Below the pieces are notes generated by a model, which made no database searches, was not told the origin of the DNA, and saw only the letters and a program-made list of their open reading frames with translations. A DNA stretch of 64,000 bases from Candidatus Sumerlaeota bacterium (lineage in GTDB: Bacteria > Bacillota > SLNR01), in NCBI GenBank assembly GCA_007132905.1, contig SLNR01000020.1, forward strand, positions 5,859 to 69,858, read 5' to 3'. Below, in pieces: positions 1 to 9,642 of the stretch. A program made the translations under genes and the position numbers. Position 1 is the stretch's first letter. Every line of letters begins with the position of its first letter.

Positions 1-1
1 C

Positions 2-487
2 AAACTTCCTTTAGATGTTCATCTTATGATTGAACAACCCGAGCGATATTTTGATGAGTTTATTCAAGCAGGAGCAAGTGCGCTTTCTTTTCATGTAGAA
101 GCTTGCGTACATCTTCATAAGGCCATTCACGAGATAAAGGAAAAAGGCGTGAGAGCAGGTGTAGGTTTAAACCCGGGAACAGCGCTTACTTCGATTGAAT
201 ATATTTTGCCCGATCTTGATTTTGTGGTAGTCATGACGGTTAATCCCGGTTTTGGAGGTCAGGCATTTATCCCTTCGGTACTTTCGAAAATTGAAGAACT
301 GCGGCGTATGATTGATGAGCAAAACCTCCCTACCATCATTAGTGTCGACGGCGGGATAAACGAAAAAACAGCACCGTTGGTAAAAAAGGCCGGAGTGGAT
401 GTCATCGTCGCCGGCTCGGCTGTGTTTGGCCAAAAAGACAGGAAAAAAGCTGTGAATAAACTTCTCGGGAGGAGTCAAAAGGATTGA
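2..487 (+). CDS. rpe: Ribulose-phosphate 3-epimerase (5'-truncated by window edge)
   Basis: Frame is open from base 2 (KLPLDVHLM...); motifs FHVEA, MTVNPGFGGQ, VDGGIN, VAGSAVF. Confidence 0.96.
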   Translation, partial: KLPLDVHLMIEQPERYFDEFIQAGASALSFHVEACVHLHKAIHEIKEKGVRAGVGLNPGTALTSIEYILPDLDFVVVMTVNPGFGGQAFIPSVLSKIEELRRMIDEQNLPTIISVDGGINEKTAPLVKKAGVDVIVAGSAVFGQKDRKKAVNKLLGRSQKD

Positions 488-686
488 AGGATATTACTGT
501 GAGGCAAACGACAGTTTTTATTTAAAATGAGCCGACCTGAGAGCTTTGCTTCAGGAATGGATAGCTGAAAGAAAGTTTTACTAATATGAAATTTCAAACT
601 CACAATTAGACAATGATCCCGGTTGGCTAAATACCTATGCGAGATACTACATAATTGTCTAGAGCTATTTTATTGGGGGTAGAGAA

Positions 687-1562
687 ATGAAGGATTATTT
701 GGTTCGAGCTATTATCGGTGAGGGGGATGCGAGGGTCCTGGCTGCGCGAACAACTCATCTAGTCGAGGAAGCTAGGGAAAAACATGACACAGCACATACG
801 GTGACGGCTGCCTTAGGCAGGTCATTGAGCGGCGCTGCTATGTTGGGTGCGCAGTTAAAGGAAGAGGGTATTGTTACAATTCGTATAGCAGGAGGCGGCC
901 CTATCAAGGGTATTATTGCCCAAGCAGACCATCAAGGGAATGTAAGAGGGTATGCTATTGAACCTCGTCTTTTTGTCCCTTTAAAAGAGGATGGGAAATT
1001 AGATGTGGGTGGTGCTGTTGGGGATCAAGGGAAACTTTATGTGACTTACGACTTGAAGCTCAAAGAACCTTACACGGGCGTTTCAGAGCTTATAAATGGT
1101 GAAATTGGTGAAGATTTGACATATTACCTCGCCCATTCCGAACAGATCCCCTCCGCAGTTTCTCTGGGTGTTTTAGTAGGACCGGCGGGTGAAGTGCGGG
1201 CGTCAGGTGGATTTATGGTTCAGATGATGCCGAAGGCAGAATCTTCTCTGGTGGAAGAAATAGAGAACCGGATTTCCAAAGCGGCTTTTATTAGTTCACT
1301 TATTGAAGAAGGATTAACGCCGGAAGAAATAACGGAAAAACTGTTTGGTGAATTCAAAGTACAATTTCTTGAAAAAAGGGAACTGAACTACCATTGTGGA
1401 TGTTCCCGGGATCGCATCACATCGATGCTGCTGAGTTTAGGGAAAGAGGAGCTGCAGGACATGCTCGAAGAAGATGGGGGCGCAGAAATACGCTGCCATT
1501 TTTGCGGGGAGAAAAATGTTTTCTCAGAAGAAGAAATAAGGGTATTGTTAAAAGAGTTTTAA
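687..1562 (+). CDS. hslO: Hsp33 redox-regulated chaperone
   Basis: AALGR, SEQIPSAVSLGV, GGFMVQMMP and C-terminal Zn switch CGCS...CHFC. Confidence 0.95.
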   Translation: MKDYLVRAIIGEGDARVLAARTTHLVEEAREKHDTAHTVTAALGRSLSGAAMLGAQLKEEGIVTIRIAGGGPIKGIIAQADHQGNVRGYAIEPRLFVPLKEDGKLDVGGAVGDQGKLYVTYDLKLKEPYTGVSELINGEIGEDLTYYLAHSEQIPSAVSLGVLVGPAGEVRASGGFMVQMMPKAESSLVEEIENRISKAAFISSLIEEGLTPEEITEKLFGEFKVQFLEKRELNYHCGCSRDRITSMLLSLGKEELQDMLEEDGGAEIRCHFCGEKNVFSEEEIRVLLKEF

Positions 1563-1639
1563 GTTTGGTTTGCAGCAAAGTGGAAATGAAAAAAAGGATC
1601 TGGTTTTATCCAAATCCTCAATACTCAGTCGTGAATAGA

Positions 1640-1831
1640 TTAGATGGCGCGTTCAACTTTTCCTCCGCGAAGGCAGCGAGTGCAAACTGTGATGCGCTTC
1701 GGTGCACCGTCAACCATTACTTTGACTTTTTGGATGTTGGGGGCCCAGGTCCTTTTGGTTTTAATGTTACTGTGACTTACTTTGTGGCCACTCTGGCGTT
1801 TTTTGTCGCATATTTGACATTTGGCTTTCAA
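1640..1831 (-). CDS. rpmB: 50S ribosomal protein L28
   Basis: KCQIC..SGHKVSHSNIKTKRTWAPN..CTRC; TTG start after GGAGGTGG RBS. Confidence 0.96.
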   Translation of the reverse strand: MKAKCQICDKKRQSGHKVSHSNIKTKRTWAPNIQKVKVMVDGAPKRITVCTRCLRGGKVERAI

Positions 1832-1976
1832 TTGCTCCACCTCCCTGAAAAAAGGCTTTTCTAGTTATCATTAGAGATTATTGCAAGCTGCACTCCTGTA
1901 TTTTACCATACTTTTGCAAAATGGTGCAAGATATCTTTTTGCGGACCCATAGGAGTGTCCGACTTTTCAAAAAGCA

Positions 1977-2003
1977 GCAGGAAATAGAGTCCGTTGGGCG
2001 AAT
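1977..2003 (+). promoter_or_regulatory. Putative sigma-H promoter of the yloU-fakA-aor-degV unit
   Basis: GCAGGAAAT-N11-GGCGAAT matches the SigH consensus RNAGGAWWW-N11/12-RNNGAAT. Confidence 0.65.
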
Positions 2004-2068
2004 GTGCATTTAGAAGGAAGGCATGGCTTGCAGGTGATCGTGTTTTTTCCGTTTGAGGGGGCACTTTT

Positions 2069-2431
2069 ATGAGCAAAGAAGTGGTAAATGAATTTGGAAA
2101 AATTGAAATATCAGAAGAAGTTCTGGCTACTATTGCCGGAGTAGCAGCTGTTGAATGCTACGGTATTGTCGGAATGGCATCCAAAAAATTAAAAGACGGT
2201 TTAGTGGAGCTTTTAGGGCGGGAGAATTTGAGCCGCGGGGTTAAGGTTTCGATCGAGGATGATAAAGTTGTGATTAACTTAAATATCATTGTCGGATACG
2301 GAGTAAGAATCAGCGAAGTGGCTTCCAATGTCCGCGATAAGGTTAAATACATGGTGGAAACAATGAGCGGCCTGCCGGTAAGCAGGGTGAATATTCATGT
2401 GCGCGGCGTGAAGGTAAGTAATGGAAAGTAA
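2069..2431 (+). CDS. Asp23/Gls24 family protein (YloU-like)
   Basis: GKIEISEEVLATIAG..ECYGIVGMAS..LSRGV; canonical position between rpmB and fakA. Confidence 0.92.
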   Translation: MSKEVVNEFGKIEISEEVLATIAGVAAVECYGIVGMASKKLKDGLVELLGRENLSRGVKVSIEDDKVVINLNIIVGYGVRISEVASNVRDKVKYMVETMSGLPVSRVNIHVRGVKVSNGK

Positions 2432-4121
2432 GGGGCTGAATCAGGGGATGGAGTATATTAATGGGCCTGTCTTGAAAGAAATGATATCAGCTGGCGCAAA
2501 TAGGCTTGATTATCATAAGAAATTGGTCGACGAGCTGAATGTGTTTCCTGTTCCGGATGGCGACACGGGTACCAATATGTCGCTGACCATTTTTGCTGCG
2601 GTAAAGGAGATGGAAAAAGTTCGTTCCGACTCCCTCCACGCCGTAGCGGGGGCACTGTCTTCAGGGTCATTAATGGGAGCTAGGGGCAATTCGGGCGTTA
2701 TTTTGTCTCAAATCTTTCGAGGCTTTACTAAAAGCATTGGAGGCAAAAAACAGATCGGCAGTCAAGAATTCAGTTTAGCCCTACAAGAAGGGGCCAACAC
2801 TGCCTACCGTGCTGTGATGAAACCGGTGGAAGGAACGATTTTGACGGTGGCGCGCGAGATAGCCAAGGCTGCCGAAAACGCATCGAAAGAAACAAAGAGT
2901 ATTGAAGTCATCCTAGAAAAAGCACTCGAAAAAGGACGTTTGACATTAGAAAAGACCCCGGAAATGCTTCCGGTGCTTAAGCAGGCCGGGGTGGTCGATG
3001 CTGGTGGGAAAGGGCTTATTTATATTCTTGAGGGAATGGCATCGACAGTGATGGAACAAGAAATACCTGCGGTCCTCGAGGAGGATCGTGTGGATGTTGT
3101 TCACGAGGTGATTGATGACGAGGAGAGTTTAAAAAAAGAGCTTATATACCCTTACTGCACTGAGCTGCTGCTTTACAGTTCTAACGGACAGCTGCTTTCA
3201 GAAACAAAGATTCGCAAAGAGCTAGATCGCTTAGGTGACTCCATGCTGGTGGTGGGATCTAGTGACATGATCAAAATACACATCCATACAAACGAACCAG
3301 GTGAAGTACTCCTTCATTGCGGAAAAATGGGTGAAATGAGAGATATTAAGATCGACAACATGAATTATCAGCACAGAACATCAATCCTCGAAGAAGAACA
3401 GGACCTGCCGTCCAAAGAAGAAGAAGGAATTAGTGAGGATGCTGCAGGTGATGGACAAATAAAAAAAGAATATGGATTAGTGGCTGTTGCTGCCGGAGAA
3501 GGTTTGGCGGAAGTTTTCAAAAGTTTAGGAGTGGATGAAGTCGTGACCGGAGGACAAACCATGAATCCTAGCACCGAGGAATTAGCTTCGGCTGCAAGAA
3601 ATATTTCCTCCGAGAAAGTTGTGATTCTGCCGAATAACAGCAACATAATTTTAGCAGCCGAGCAGGTGAAAGATATCCTGGACAGACCTGTTTTTGTCAT
3701 CCCTACCTCCTCAATTCCGGAAGGGATCGCGGCTCTTTTGGTTTTTGATCCTGCGGGGGAACCTGAAAAGAACCAAGAGAACATGCTGGCAGCCTTTCAA
3801 AATACAAAAACAGGCGAAGTAACTTATGCCGTTCGTGATTCAGCGTTTAATGGGATCGAACTCCAAGAAGGAGACATATTGGGGATTTCGAATCGAGAAA
3901 TCGTAGTTTCTGGCAAAGATCCGGGCCAGGTAGTTCTTGATCTTCTGGGAACCATTGTGAAAGAGGAAGATAGCTTAATTACCCTTTATTATGGCGAAGA
4001 TATTGAAGAAGAAGCGGCGGATCAGTTGCAGGAGAAGGTGGAACAGAGTTACCCGGAAGTAGATGTGGAAGTGTATCAAGGGGGGCAGCCTCTGTATTAT
4101 TATTTCATTTCCGTAGAATAG
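2421..4121 (+). CDS. fakA: Fatty acid kinase subunit A (DAK2 domain, YloV)
   Basis: LNVFPVPDGDTGTNM, GARGNSGVILSQ, VVDAGGKG, YCTE, HIHT, GGQTMNPS, GGQPLYYY; start could be 2448. Confidence 0.95.
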   Translation: MESKGLNQGMEYINGPVLKEMISAGANRLDYHKKLVDELNVFPVPDGDTGTNMSLTIFAAVKEMEKVRSDSLHAVAGALSSGSLMGARGNSGVILSQIFRGFTKSIGGKKQIGSQEFSLALQEGANTAYRAVMKPVEGTILTVAREIAKAAENASKETKSIEVILEKALEKGRLTLEKTPEMLPVLKQAGVVDAGGKGLIYILEGMASTVMEQEIPAVLEEDRVDVVHEVIDDEESLKKELIYPYCTELLLYSSNGQLLSETKIRKELDRLGDSMLVVGSSDMIKIHIHTNEPGEVLLHCGKMGEMRDIKIDNMNYQHRTSILEEEQDLPSKEEEGISEDAAGDGQIKKEYGLVAVAAGEGLAEVFKSLGVDEVVTGGQTMNPSTEELASAARNISSEKVVILPNNSNIILAAEQVKDILDRPVFVIPTSSIPEGIAALLVFDPAGEPEKNQENMLAAFQNTKTGEVTYAVRDSAFNGIELQEGDILGISNREIVVSGKDPGQVVLDLLGTIVKEEDSLITLYYGEDIEEEAADQLQEKVEQSYPEVDVEVYQGGQPLYYYFISVE

Positions 4122-4140
4122 CGTAAGGAGGGGTTTGTGA

Positions 4141-4533
4141 ATGAAAAGACTAGTTAAAGATGAGTCAGTGTGTGTTGAATGTCATCGATGCGAGGAGGCT
4201 TGTGCAGGAACATATTTTAAAACGAAAGATATTTCCAAAGCTCGCCTTCATGTAAAAAGAAACGAAGGCGAGAAGCCGGACATCACTATATGCACCCAAT
4301 GCGGGAAATGCATGGAAGTTTGTCCTGTCAAAGCTTTGGGCCGAAATAAGAACGGGGTCGTTATGGTTGATCAAAAAAAATGTGTGGGTTGTTTTATGTG
4401 TGTAGCGGCCTGTCCCCTTGATGCCATGATGTATAGCTCAGATGAGACAGAACCCTATAAATGCATTGCCTGCGGGATCTGTACCAAACAGTGTCCCACA
4501 GGAGCTGTAACCCTTCAGGAGGTGGAAGAATAA
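4141..4533 (+). CDS. Polyferredoxin-type 4Fe-4S protein, AOR partner
   Basis: Four Cys clusters: CVECHRCEEAC, CTQCGKCMEVCP, CVGCFMCVAACP, CIACGICTKQCP; abuts the AOR start. Confidence 0.9.
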   Translation: MKRLVKDESVCVECHRCEEACAGTYFKTKDISKARLHVKRNEGEKPDITICTQCGKCMEVCPVKALGRNKNGVVMVDQKKCVGCFMCVAACPLDAMMYSSDETEPYKCIACGICTKQCPTGAVTLQEVEE

Positions 4534-6678
4534 ATGGACAAAGTGCTTACTTTGAATCAACTTAAAAAGTATCGCTACGAGAAAAAACCTATTGAGCGCG
4601 GCTACAATGACAGAACACTATATGTAAATGTATCTGATCAGCGGATTGAAGAAAAAAAAGTAAGTGAAGAAATGAAAGAGAAGTTTACCGGAGGAAAAGG
4701 ATTTGGGCTAAAATTGTTGTGGGATGCGACCAAACCCGAAACCAAGTGGAATGATCCCGAAAATGAGATTATTATCTCCCCGGGACCGGTGGCAGGGATT
4801 ACTCAATATCCGGGTTCAGGGAAATCCTTGGTGGTTTCGCTGTCTCCGGCGACTAATGTTCCCATTGACAGCAATGTGGGGGGATATTTTGGTCCCTATA
4901 TGAAGTTCTCTGGATTTGATGCCTTGGAACTTCAGGGGAAAGCGGAAAAAGAAGTGGTGGTTTACATTGACGGCAATGAAGGCACCGTATCAATCGATGA
5001 GATTGAGATCGATACGGATGACGCTCATCTTATCTCAGAAAAACTAACAGAACACTACGCAAAAAATGAGGATGATAAGAGACATATCTCGGTAGTTACG
5101 ACCGGATCGGCCGCCGAGCATATTTATATGGGGATTCTAAACTTCAGCTTTTACGATGTGCGCCGCAAAGTTCCCCGCATGAAACAAGCGGGACGCGGGG
5201 GAATCGGTTCGGTTTTGGCTGATAAGAATGTCAAGGCGTTGGTCGTTAAGTTTGAAGGCACCAAGGGAGATTTAAATAATAGCTATGATTACGATAAGGT
5301 GTCTCGAACGGGTATTAAAATCCATCGCGAGATTAACAAATTAGACGACAAGCAGTTTCGTATGCGCCAAGTGGGAACCGCCAATATTATCGACACCATG
5401 GACCAATACGACCTGCTGCCGGTAATGAATTTCCAATATGGATCCCACCCTGATGTTAAAAAGATTTACAGTAATGTTTTTCGGGACAACTACTTAACAC
5501 AGGGAATACCCGATGGTTGCTGGTACGGTTGCTCTCTGGCCTGCGCCAAAACAGCCGATCACTTTGAGATCAAAACAGGGCCTTATAAAGGTTCTAAGGT
5601 AACAGTGGATGGTCCGGAATACGAAACAGCCGCGGGGGTAGGTTCGAATCTTGGCATATTTGATCCCCAATACGTACTCGAATGCAACTTCTACTGCGAT
5701 ACCTATGGGATTGATACCATATCCTTTGGAACAGCCGGTGCTTTTGCTATGGAATGTTACGAACGGGGTTTGATTACCAAAGAGCATACCGGCGGTCTTG
5801 AACTGAATTTTGGCAGCGCGGTGGTAGCTCTTGAACTTCTTCATCAAATGTCAAGAGGCGAAGGCTTTGGCGTCCTTGTCGGAAAAGGTGTAAGAAGAAT
5901 GAAAAAGCATTTTGCGGAGCATTTCGGGGCAGATCCTAAGCTCATGCAGGATATCGGGATGGAATTAAAAGGCTTGGAATACTCTGAGTATATGCCCAAA
6001 GAATCGCTAGCCCAGCAGGGAGGTTATGCTTTGGCGAATAAAGGGCCGCAGCACGATGAGGCATGGCTGATATTTATGGACTTGGTGAACAATCAGCTGC
6101 CTTCTTTCGAAGACAAAGCAGAAGCCCTCCACTATTTCCCAATTTTCCGCACCTGGTTCGGACTAGCTGGTTTTTGCAAGCTTCCCTGGAATGACATCAT
6201 GCCGGAAAACAATAAGTACCAGGAAGAGCCGGCTAAAATACCCGAGCATGTAGAAAACTATGTGAATCTGTTTACTGCCGTAACGGGCAAAGAGATCGAT
6301 AACAAAGAACTGATGCTTCAGTCCGAGCGGGTATACAACTTCCAAAGAGTGTTTAATTTGCGGCAGGGATACGGAAAACGTGAAGACGACATGCCTCCTT
6401 ACCGATCACTGGGTCCGGTTACAGTAGAAGAATACGAGTCAAGGACCGAACGGTATGATGGGCAGCTCAAAGAACTTTTGGATATTGATCCGGAAGGAAT
6501 GTCAACAGAGGAGAAAATGGCTAAGGTCCGAGAGTACCGGGAAAAGCAGTATGAGACGCTAGTTGACGCTGTATACAAACGTCGCGGCTGGAATGAAGAA
6601 GGAGTCCCGACGGCAGAGCATCTACAAGAAATTGGCATGGATCTTCCTGAAGTTTTGGCCGTGGTGAATAAGAAATGA
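4534..6678 (+). CDS. Aldehyde:ferredoxin oxidoreductase (tungstopterin AOR/WOR family)
   Basis: DSNVGGYFG, AGRGGIGSV, CWYGCSLAC, GPEYET, CDTYGIDTIS, ERVYNFQRVFN, YKRRGW..GVP. Confidence 0.92.
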   Translation: MDKVLTLNQLKKYRYEKKPIERGYNDRTLYVNVSDQRIEEKKVSEEMKEKFTGGKGFGLKLLWDATKPETKWNDPENEIIISPGPVAGITQYPGSGKSLVVSLSPATNVPIDSNVGGYFGPYMKFSGFDALELQGKAEKEVVVYIDGNEGTVSIDEIEIDTDDAHLISEKLTEHYAKNEDDKRHISVVTTGSAAEHIYMGILNFSFYDVRRKVPRMKQAGRGGIGSVLADKNVKALVVKFEGTKGDLNNSYDYDKVSRTGIKIHREINKLDDKQFRMRQVGTANIIDTMDQYDLLPVMNFQYGSHPDVKKIYSNVFRDNYLTQGIPDGCWYGCSLACAKTADHFEIKTGPYKGSKVTVDGPEYETAAGVGSNLGIFDPQYVLECNFYCDTYGIDTISFGTAGAFAMECYERGLITKEHTGGLELNFGSAVVALELLHQMSRGEGFGVLVGKGVRRMKKHFAEHFGADPKLMQDIGMELKGLEYSEYMPKESLAQQGGYALANKGPQHDEAWLIFMDLVNNQLPSFEDKAEALHYFPIFRTWFGLAGFCKLPWNDIMPENNKYQEEPAKIPEHVENYVNLFTAVTGKEIDNKELMLQSERVYNFQRVFNLRQGYGKREDDMPPYRSLGPVTVEEYESRTERYDGQLKELLDIDPEGMSTEEKMAKVREYREKQYETLVDAVYKRRGWNEEGVPTAEHLQEIGMDLPEVLAVVNKK

Positions 6679-6863
6679 TCACGGTAAACAATCGTCCGTT
6701 GGAGCACTTTGACGGAATGACGATTGAGGATATTTTGGAAATGAAAAATTATACCTATGAGGGTCTCATTATTCGAGTAAACGGGGCCCTCGTAGAAGAC
6801 CGTGATTATCAAGTCCAAGATGGCGATGATGTGAAAGTTATCCATATTTGCCAAGGAGGATGA
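6675..6863 (+). CDS. ThiS/MoaD-family sulfur carrier protein
   Basis: 62 aa ubiquitin-like; VNG..V, DGDDVKVIH and C-terminal GG; ATGA overlap with AOR. Confidence 0.88.
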   Translation: MITVNNRPLEHFDGMTIEDILEMKNYTYEGLIIRVNGALVEDRDYQVQDGDDVKVIHICQGG

Positions 6864-6886
6864 ATTTATCAGGAGGAGTGTGGGCG

Positions 6887-7735
6887 ATGGTTAAAATCGT
6901 TACTGACAGCACGGCCGATCTACCTAAAGATTTAGTTGATAAATATGAAATCCATGTCATTCCTTTAAATCTCTTTTTCGGCGAAGAAACTTTCAAAGAT
7001 GGGATTGATCTTTCTCCCGAAGCTTTTATTCAAAAACTAAAAGCTTCTGACAAGCTGCCAACAACTTCCCAGCCTTCGCCGGCTGATTTTGCCGAAATGT
7101 ATAAGGAGCTAATTGAAGACGGGAGCGAGGTTGTGTCAATTCACATTTCTTCAGAATTAAGCGGGACATACCAATCGGCTGTTTTAGGGCGCGAGATGCT
7201 TGATAATCCAGAAAAGGTGTTTGTCATGGACAGTCTTTCTGCCACGGTGGGATTGGGCCTTATGGCTATTGAGGCAGCCAAAGCAGCCGGCGAAGGAAAG
7301 CCGGGTGAGGCAGTCAAAGAGCTGGTGGAGAAAATGATTAAAGGAAGCCATTTATTTCTGTCCATAGAGACCTTGGAGTATCTTCAAAAAGGCGGGCGGA
7401 TTGGCCGGGCACAAGGGATGCTGGGTTCACTTTTGAATATTAAGCCGATCCTTTACCTTGATGAAAAGGGCGTAGTAAGTCCCGCGGAAAAAGTGCGCGG
7501 TCACAACAAAGCCATGAAGCGAATGGTGGATATTGGGCTTGAAAAAGTGGAGGATCCGCAAAAGGTAATTTTCGGCGTAGCCCATATTGGCTATGATAAA
7601 GGGGCTGAGGTTGTTGTGAACAAAGCCAAAGAGAAATATCCGGATGCGCAGTACATTGTGTATGAGGGAGGACCGGTCATTGGTACCCACGTCGGGCCGA
7701 AAACAGTAGGTTTTATCGTACAGAATATGAATTAG
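6887..7735 (+). CDS. DegV family fatty-acid-binding protein (FakB)
   Basis: IVTDSTADL, PTTSQPS, SSELSGTYQSA, LQKGGRIG, LNIKPIL, GTHVGP; RBS AGGAGG. Confidence 0.95.
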   Translation: MVKIVTDSTADLPKDLVDKYEIHVIPLNLFFGEETFKDGIDLSPEAFIQKLKASDKLPTTSQPSPADFAEMYKELIEDGSEVVSIHISSELSGTYQSAVLGREMLDNPEKVFVMDSLSATVGLGLMAIEAAKAAGEGKPGEAVKELVEKMIKGSHLFLSIETLEYLQKGGRIGRAQGMLGSLLNIKPILYLDEKGVVSPAEKVRGHNKAMKRMVDIGLEKVEDPQKVIFGVAHIGYDKGAEVVVNKAKEKYPDAQYIVYEGGPVIGTHVGPKTVGFIVQNMN

Positions 7736-7768
7736 TCGGTATGTGGGTAAAAGGTTTATTTATAAGAG

Positions 7769-7794
7769 AAAGGGCCTCCGACCGGAGGCCCTTT
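7769..7794. terminator. Bidirectional intrinsic terminator between degV and the MCP gene
   Basis: AAAGGGCCTCCG-AC-CGGAGGCCCTTT perfect inverted repeat between convergent genes. Confidence 0.8.
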
Positions 7795-7856
7795 ATGCGT
7801 TTTCTTTGCGCCGGGGAGAGATTAAATGCTGCCGTGTTTTAATGATACAGTATGAG

Positions 7857-9389
7857 CTATAAAGAGAGATCACCACCTAAAACTCCGACAGTACTCCCGT
7901 TTTGTTTTACCGGAACAGAAACGGTGATGCATGGTTTGAAGTCGACAATGGAAACGTATGGTTCGGATTGATATGTTTGGCCGGCAATAGCTTCTCTAAA
8001 CCATGGCCGGTAAGTGTTCGCTGAATCCTTCTTCTGAGTTACATCATCAACCGTGACTGAATCAAAAGTATTCCCCACGGCAAACCCGTCACGGTCCATT
8101 ATATATAAGATACTGAAGGTGTCTTGAGCGGCAATTTCTTCTTTGAGTATCTTTGAAGTTTTGTCTCGGTCAAGTTTGCTTATATCAGGGTGTTGTGCAA
8201 GTTTTTGGAGCCACTCTTTGGCATTATTTAACGCATTGTCAAGGCTTTCATTTGTTTTGGAATAACTTCCGAATTCCTCGATTACCTCCATTTGGGTGGA
8301 GGAAATCTCTGATAATTCAGTTGAAGCCTCCGAGATGGATTGCATCCCGGCTGACTGCTGCTGTACGGAAGCAGCGATGGTACTGATTTTGTCGGCCGTA
8401 CTTTCCACGTTATCAATAATTCTGTTGGTAAGCGATATCACATTTTGACTGTCTTTTGCGGCCGACAAAGTAGAGTCTTTAATCTTTGTAAATACTTCTT
8501 TTGTACGATGAATAAAATCAAGGCCTTTGCCAGCTTCTGATAAGCTTTTATTCATAGCAGATACAGTTTCTTTAAGTCCTTCGTTTATGTTCTCAATGAG
8601 TGTTCCGATTTGGTTTGCCTGTTGATCGCTTTGTTCGGCGAGTTTTCTGACCTCATCGGCGACCACTGCGAAACCTTTTCCACTATCACCAGCGTGGGCA
8701 GCTTCAATCGTTGCGTTAAGAGCCAGAAAATGAGTCTCCTGGGAAATATTGGTGATAATGTCCGCTATTTTTCGAATCTCATCGGATTGTTGATTAAGTT
8801 GTTCTAATACCTCCGCGGAGGTTTCGATCGCGTTGTTGATTTCTTCCATCTGTTCTACGGAATAAGAGATTTCTCGATCGGCCGTATTTACAAGCCCTTG
8901 GTCGTTTGTTTCGGAATTGGAAATCTTGCCGATGGATTCTTTCAAAGAGGCCAAGGCCGACGATACGCTTTTGACGTCTGTTAGCTGTTGGTCAGTAGAA
9001 TAGGTTACTTTTTCTGAGGAAGATGCGATTTCCTCCAGTGCCTGAGCGGCTTGATGTATAATTTCTTCTAGCTGTTTGGCGGTGCTGATTGTTTTTTCTG
9101 CGGTAACTTGGCTTCGGCCGGTAAGTTTTTGAATCTTATCATAGAGGGAAAAATAAGCTTTTGAGATTCTTTTTTTCCGTCTTTTGCCTTTGTCGCCCGA
9201 CAAAGCAAGCAAGTTGCCTTGGAGTAGTTCAGCAATTAAGTTTTCGTTTTCTTCACGATATCTGCCCCATAACAACCAAACAAAGCTGCCGGCAGCAAAG
9301 CCGCAAGCTGCGCTCAAAAAAGCATTTGCCGACCACCAATACACGCCTGAATGAACCAAAACAGTAAAAACAATAGATAAAAATCCCAA
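7857..9389 (-). CDS. Methyl-accepting chemotaxis protein with C-terminal Cache/PDC-like domain
   Basis: Two N-terminal hydrophobic segments; signalling hairpin [34 protein letters not shown]-terminal [26 protein letters not shown]. Confidence 0.9.
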   Translation of the reverse strand: MGFLSIVFTVLVHSGVYWWSANAFLSAACGFAAGSFVWLLWGRYREENENLIAELLQGNLLALSGDKGKRRKKRISKAYFSLYDKIQKLTGRSQVTAEKTISTAKQLEEIIHQAAQALEEIASSSEKVTYSTDQQLTDVKSVSSALASLKESIGKISNSETNDQGLVNTADREISYSVEQMEEINNAIETSAEVLEQLNQQSDEIRKIADIITNISQETHFLALNATIEAAHAGDSGKGFAVVADEVRKLAEQSDQQANQIGTLIENINEGLKETVSAMNKSLSEAGKGLDFIHRTKEVFTKIKDSTLSAAKDSQNVISLTNRIIDNVESTADKISTIAASVQQQSAGMQSISEASTELSEISSTQMEVIEEFGSYSKTNESLDNALNNAKEWLQKLAQHPDISKLDRDKTSKILKEEIAAQDTFSILYIMDRDGFAVGNTFDSVTVDDVTQKKDSANTYRPWFREAIAGQTYQSEPYVSIVDFKPCITVSVPVKQNGSTVGVLGGDLSL

Positions 9390-9463
9390 ATAAAACCCCT
9401 CCTAAGAAGATGTATAAAATCCGGATGATTAAAAAGACGCAGCAGACAATGTCCATAAGGGGT

Positions 9464-9490
9464 TTATCGACAGAGATGAGGAATCCTTTA
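9464..9490 (-). promoter_or_regulatory. Putative sigma-28 (SigD/FliA) promoter of the MCP gene
   Basis: Minus strand TAAA-N15-GTCGATAA versus consensus TAAA-N15-GCCGATAW, ~75 nt upstream of a chemotaxis gene. Confidence 0.75.
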
Positions 9491-9642
9491 ATAATAAGCA
9501 GGGCTCTTTGAGGGATCTGATAATGAAGATGAAAGGGAGTTTGATAATAAATTTCAGTAAAAGGGATAGAATAACAGCATCATGACAGGATGACGATGAG
9601 GCTTTGGCGAATCTTACGGTGGTTGTTGAGAGGTGATTTGAA

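Noticed and set aside
488..686. c-di-GMP-I riboswitch suggested by GGCAAAC
   Set aside because: No GNRA-capped P2, no GACGCAAAG segment and no P3.
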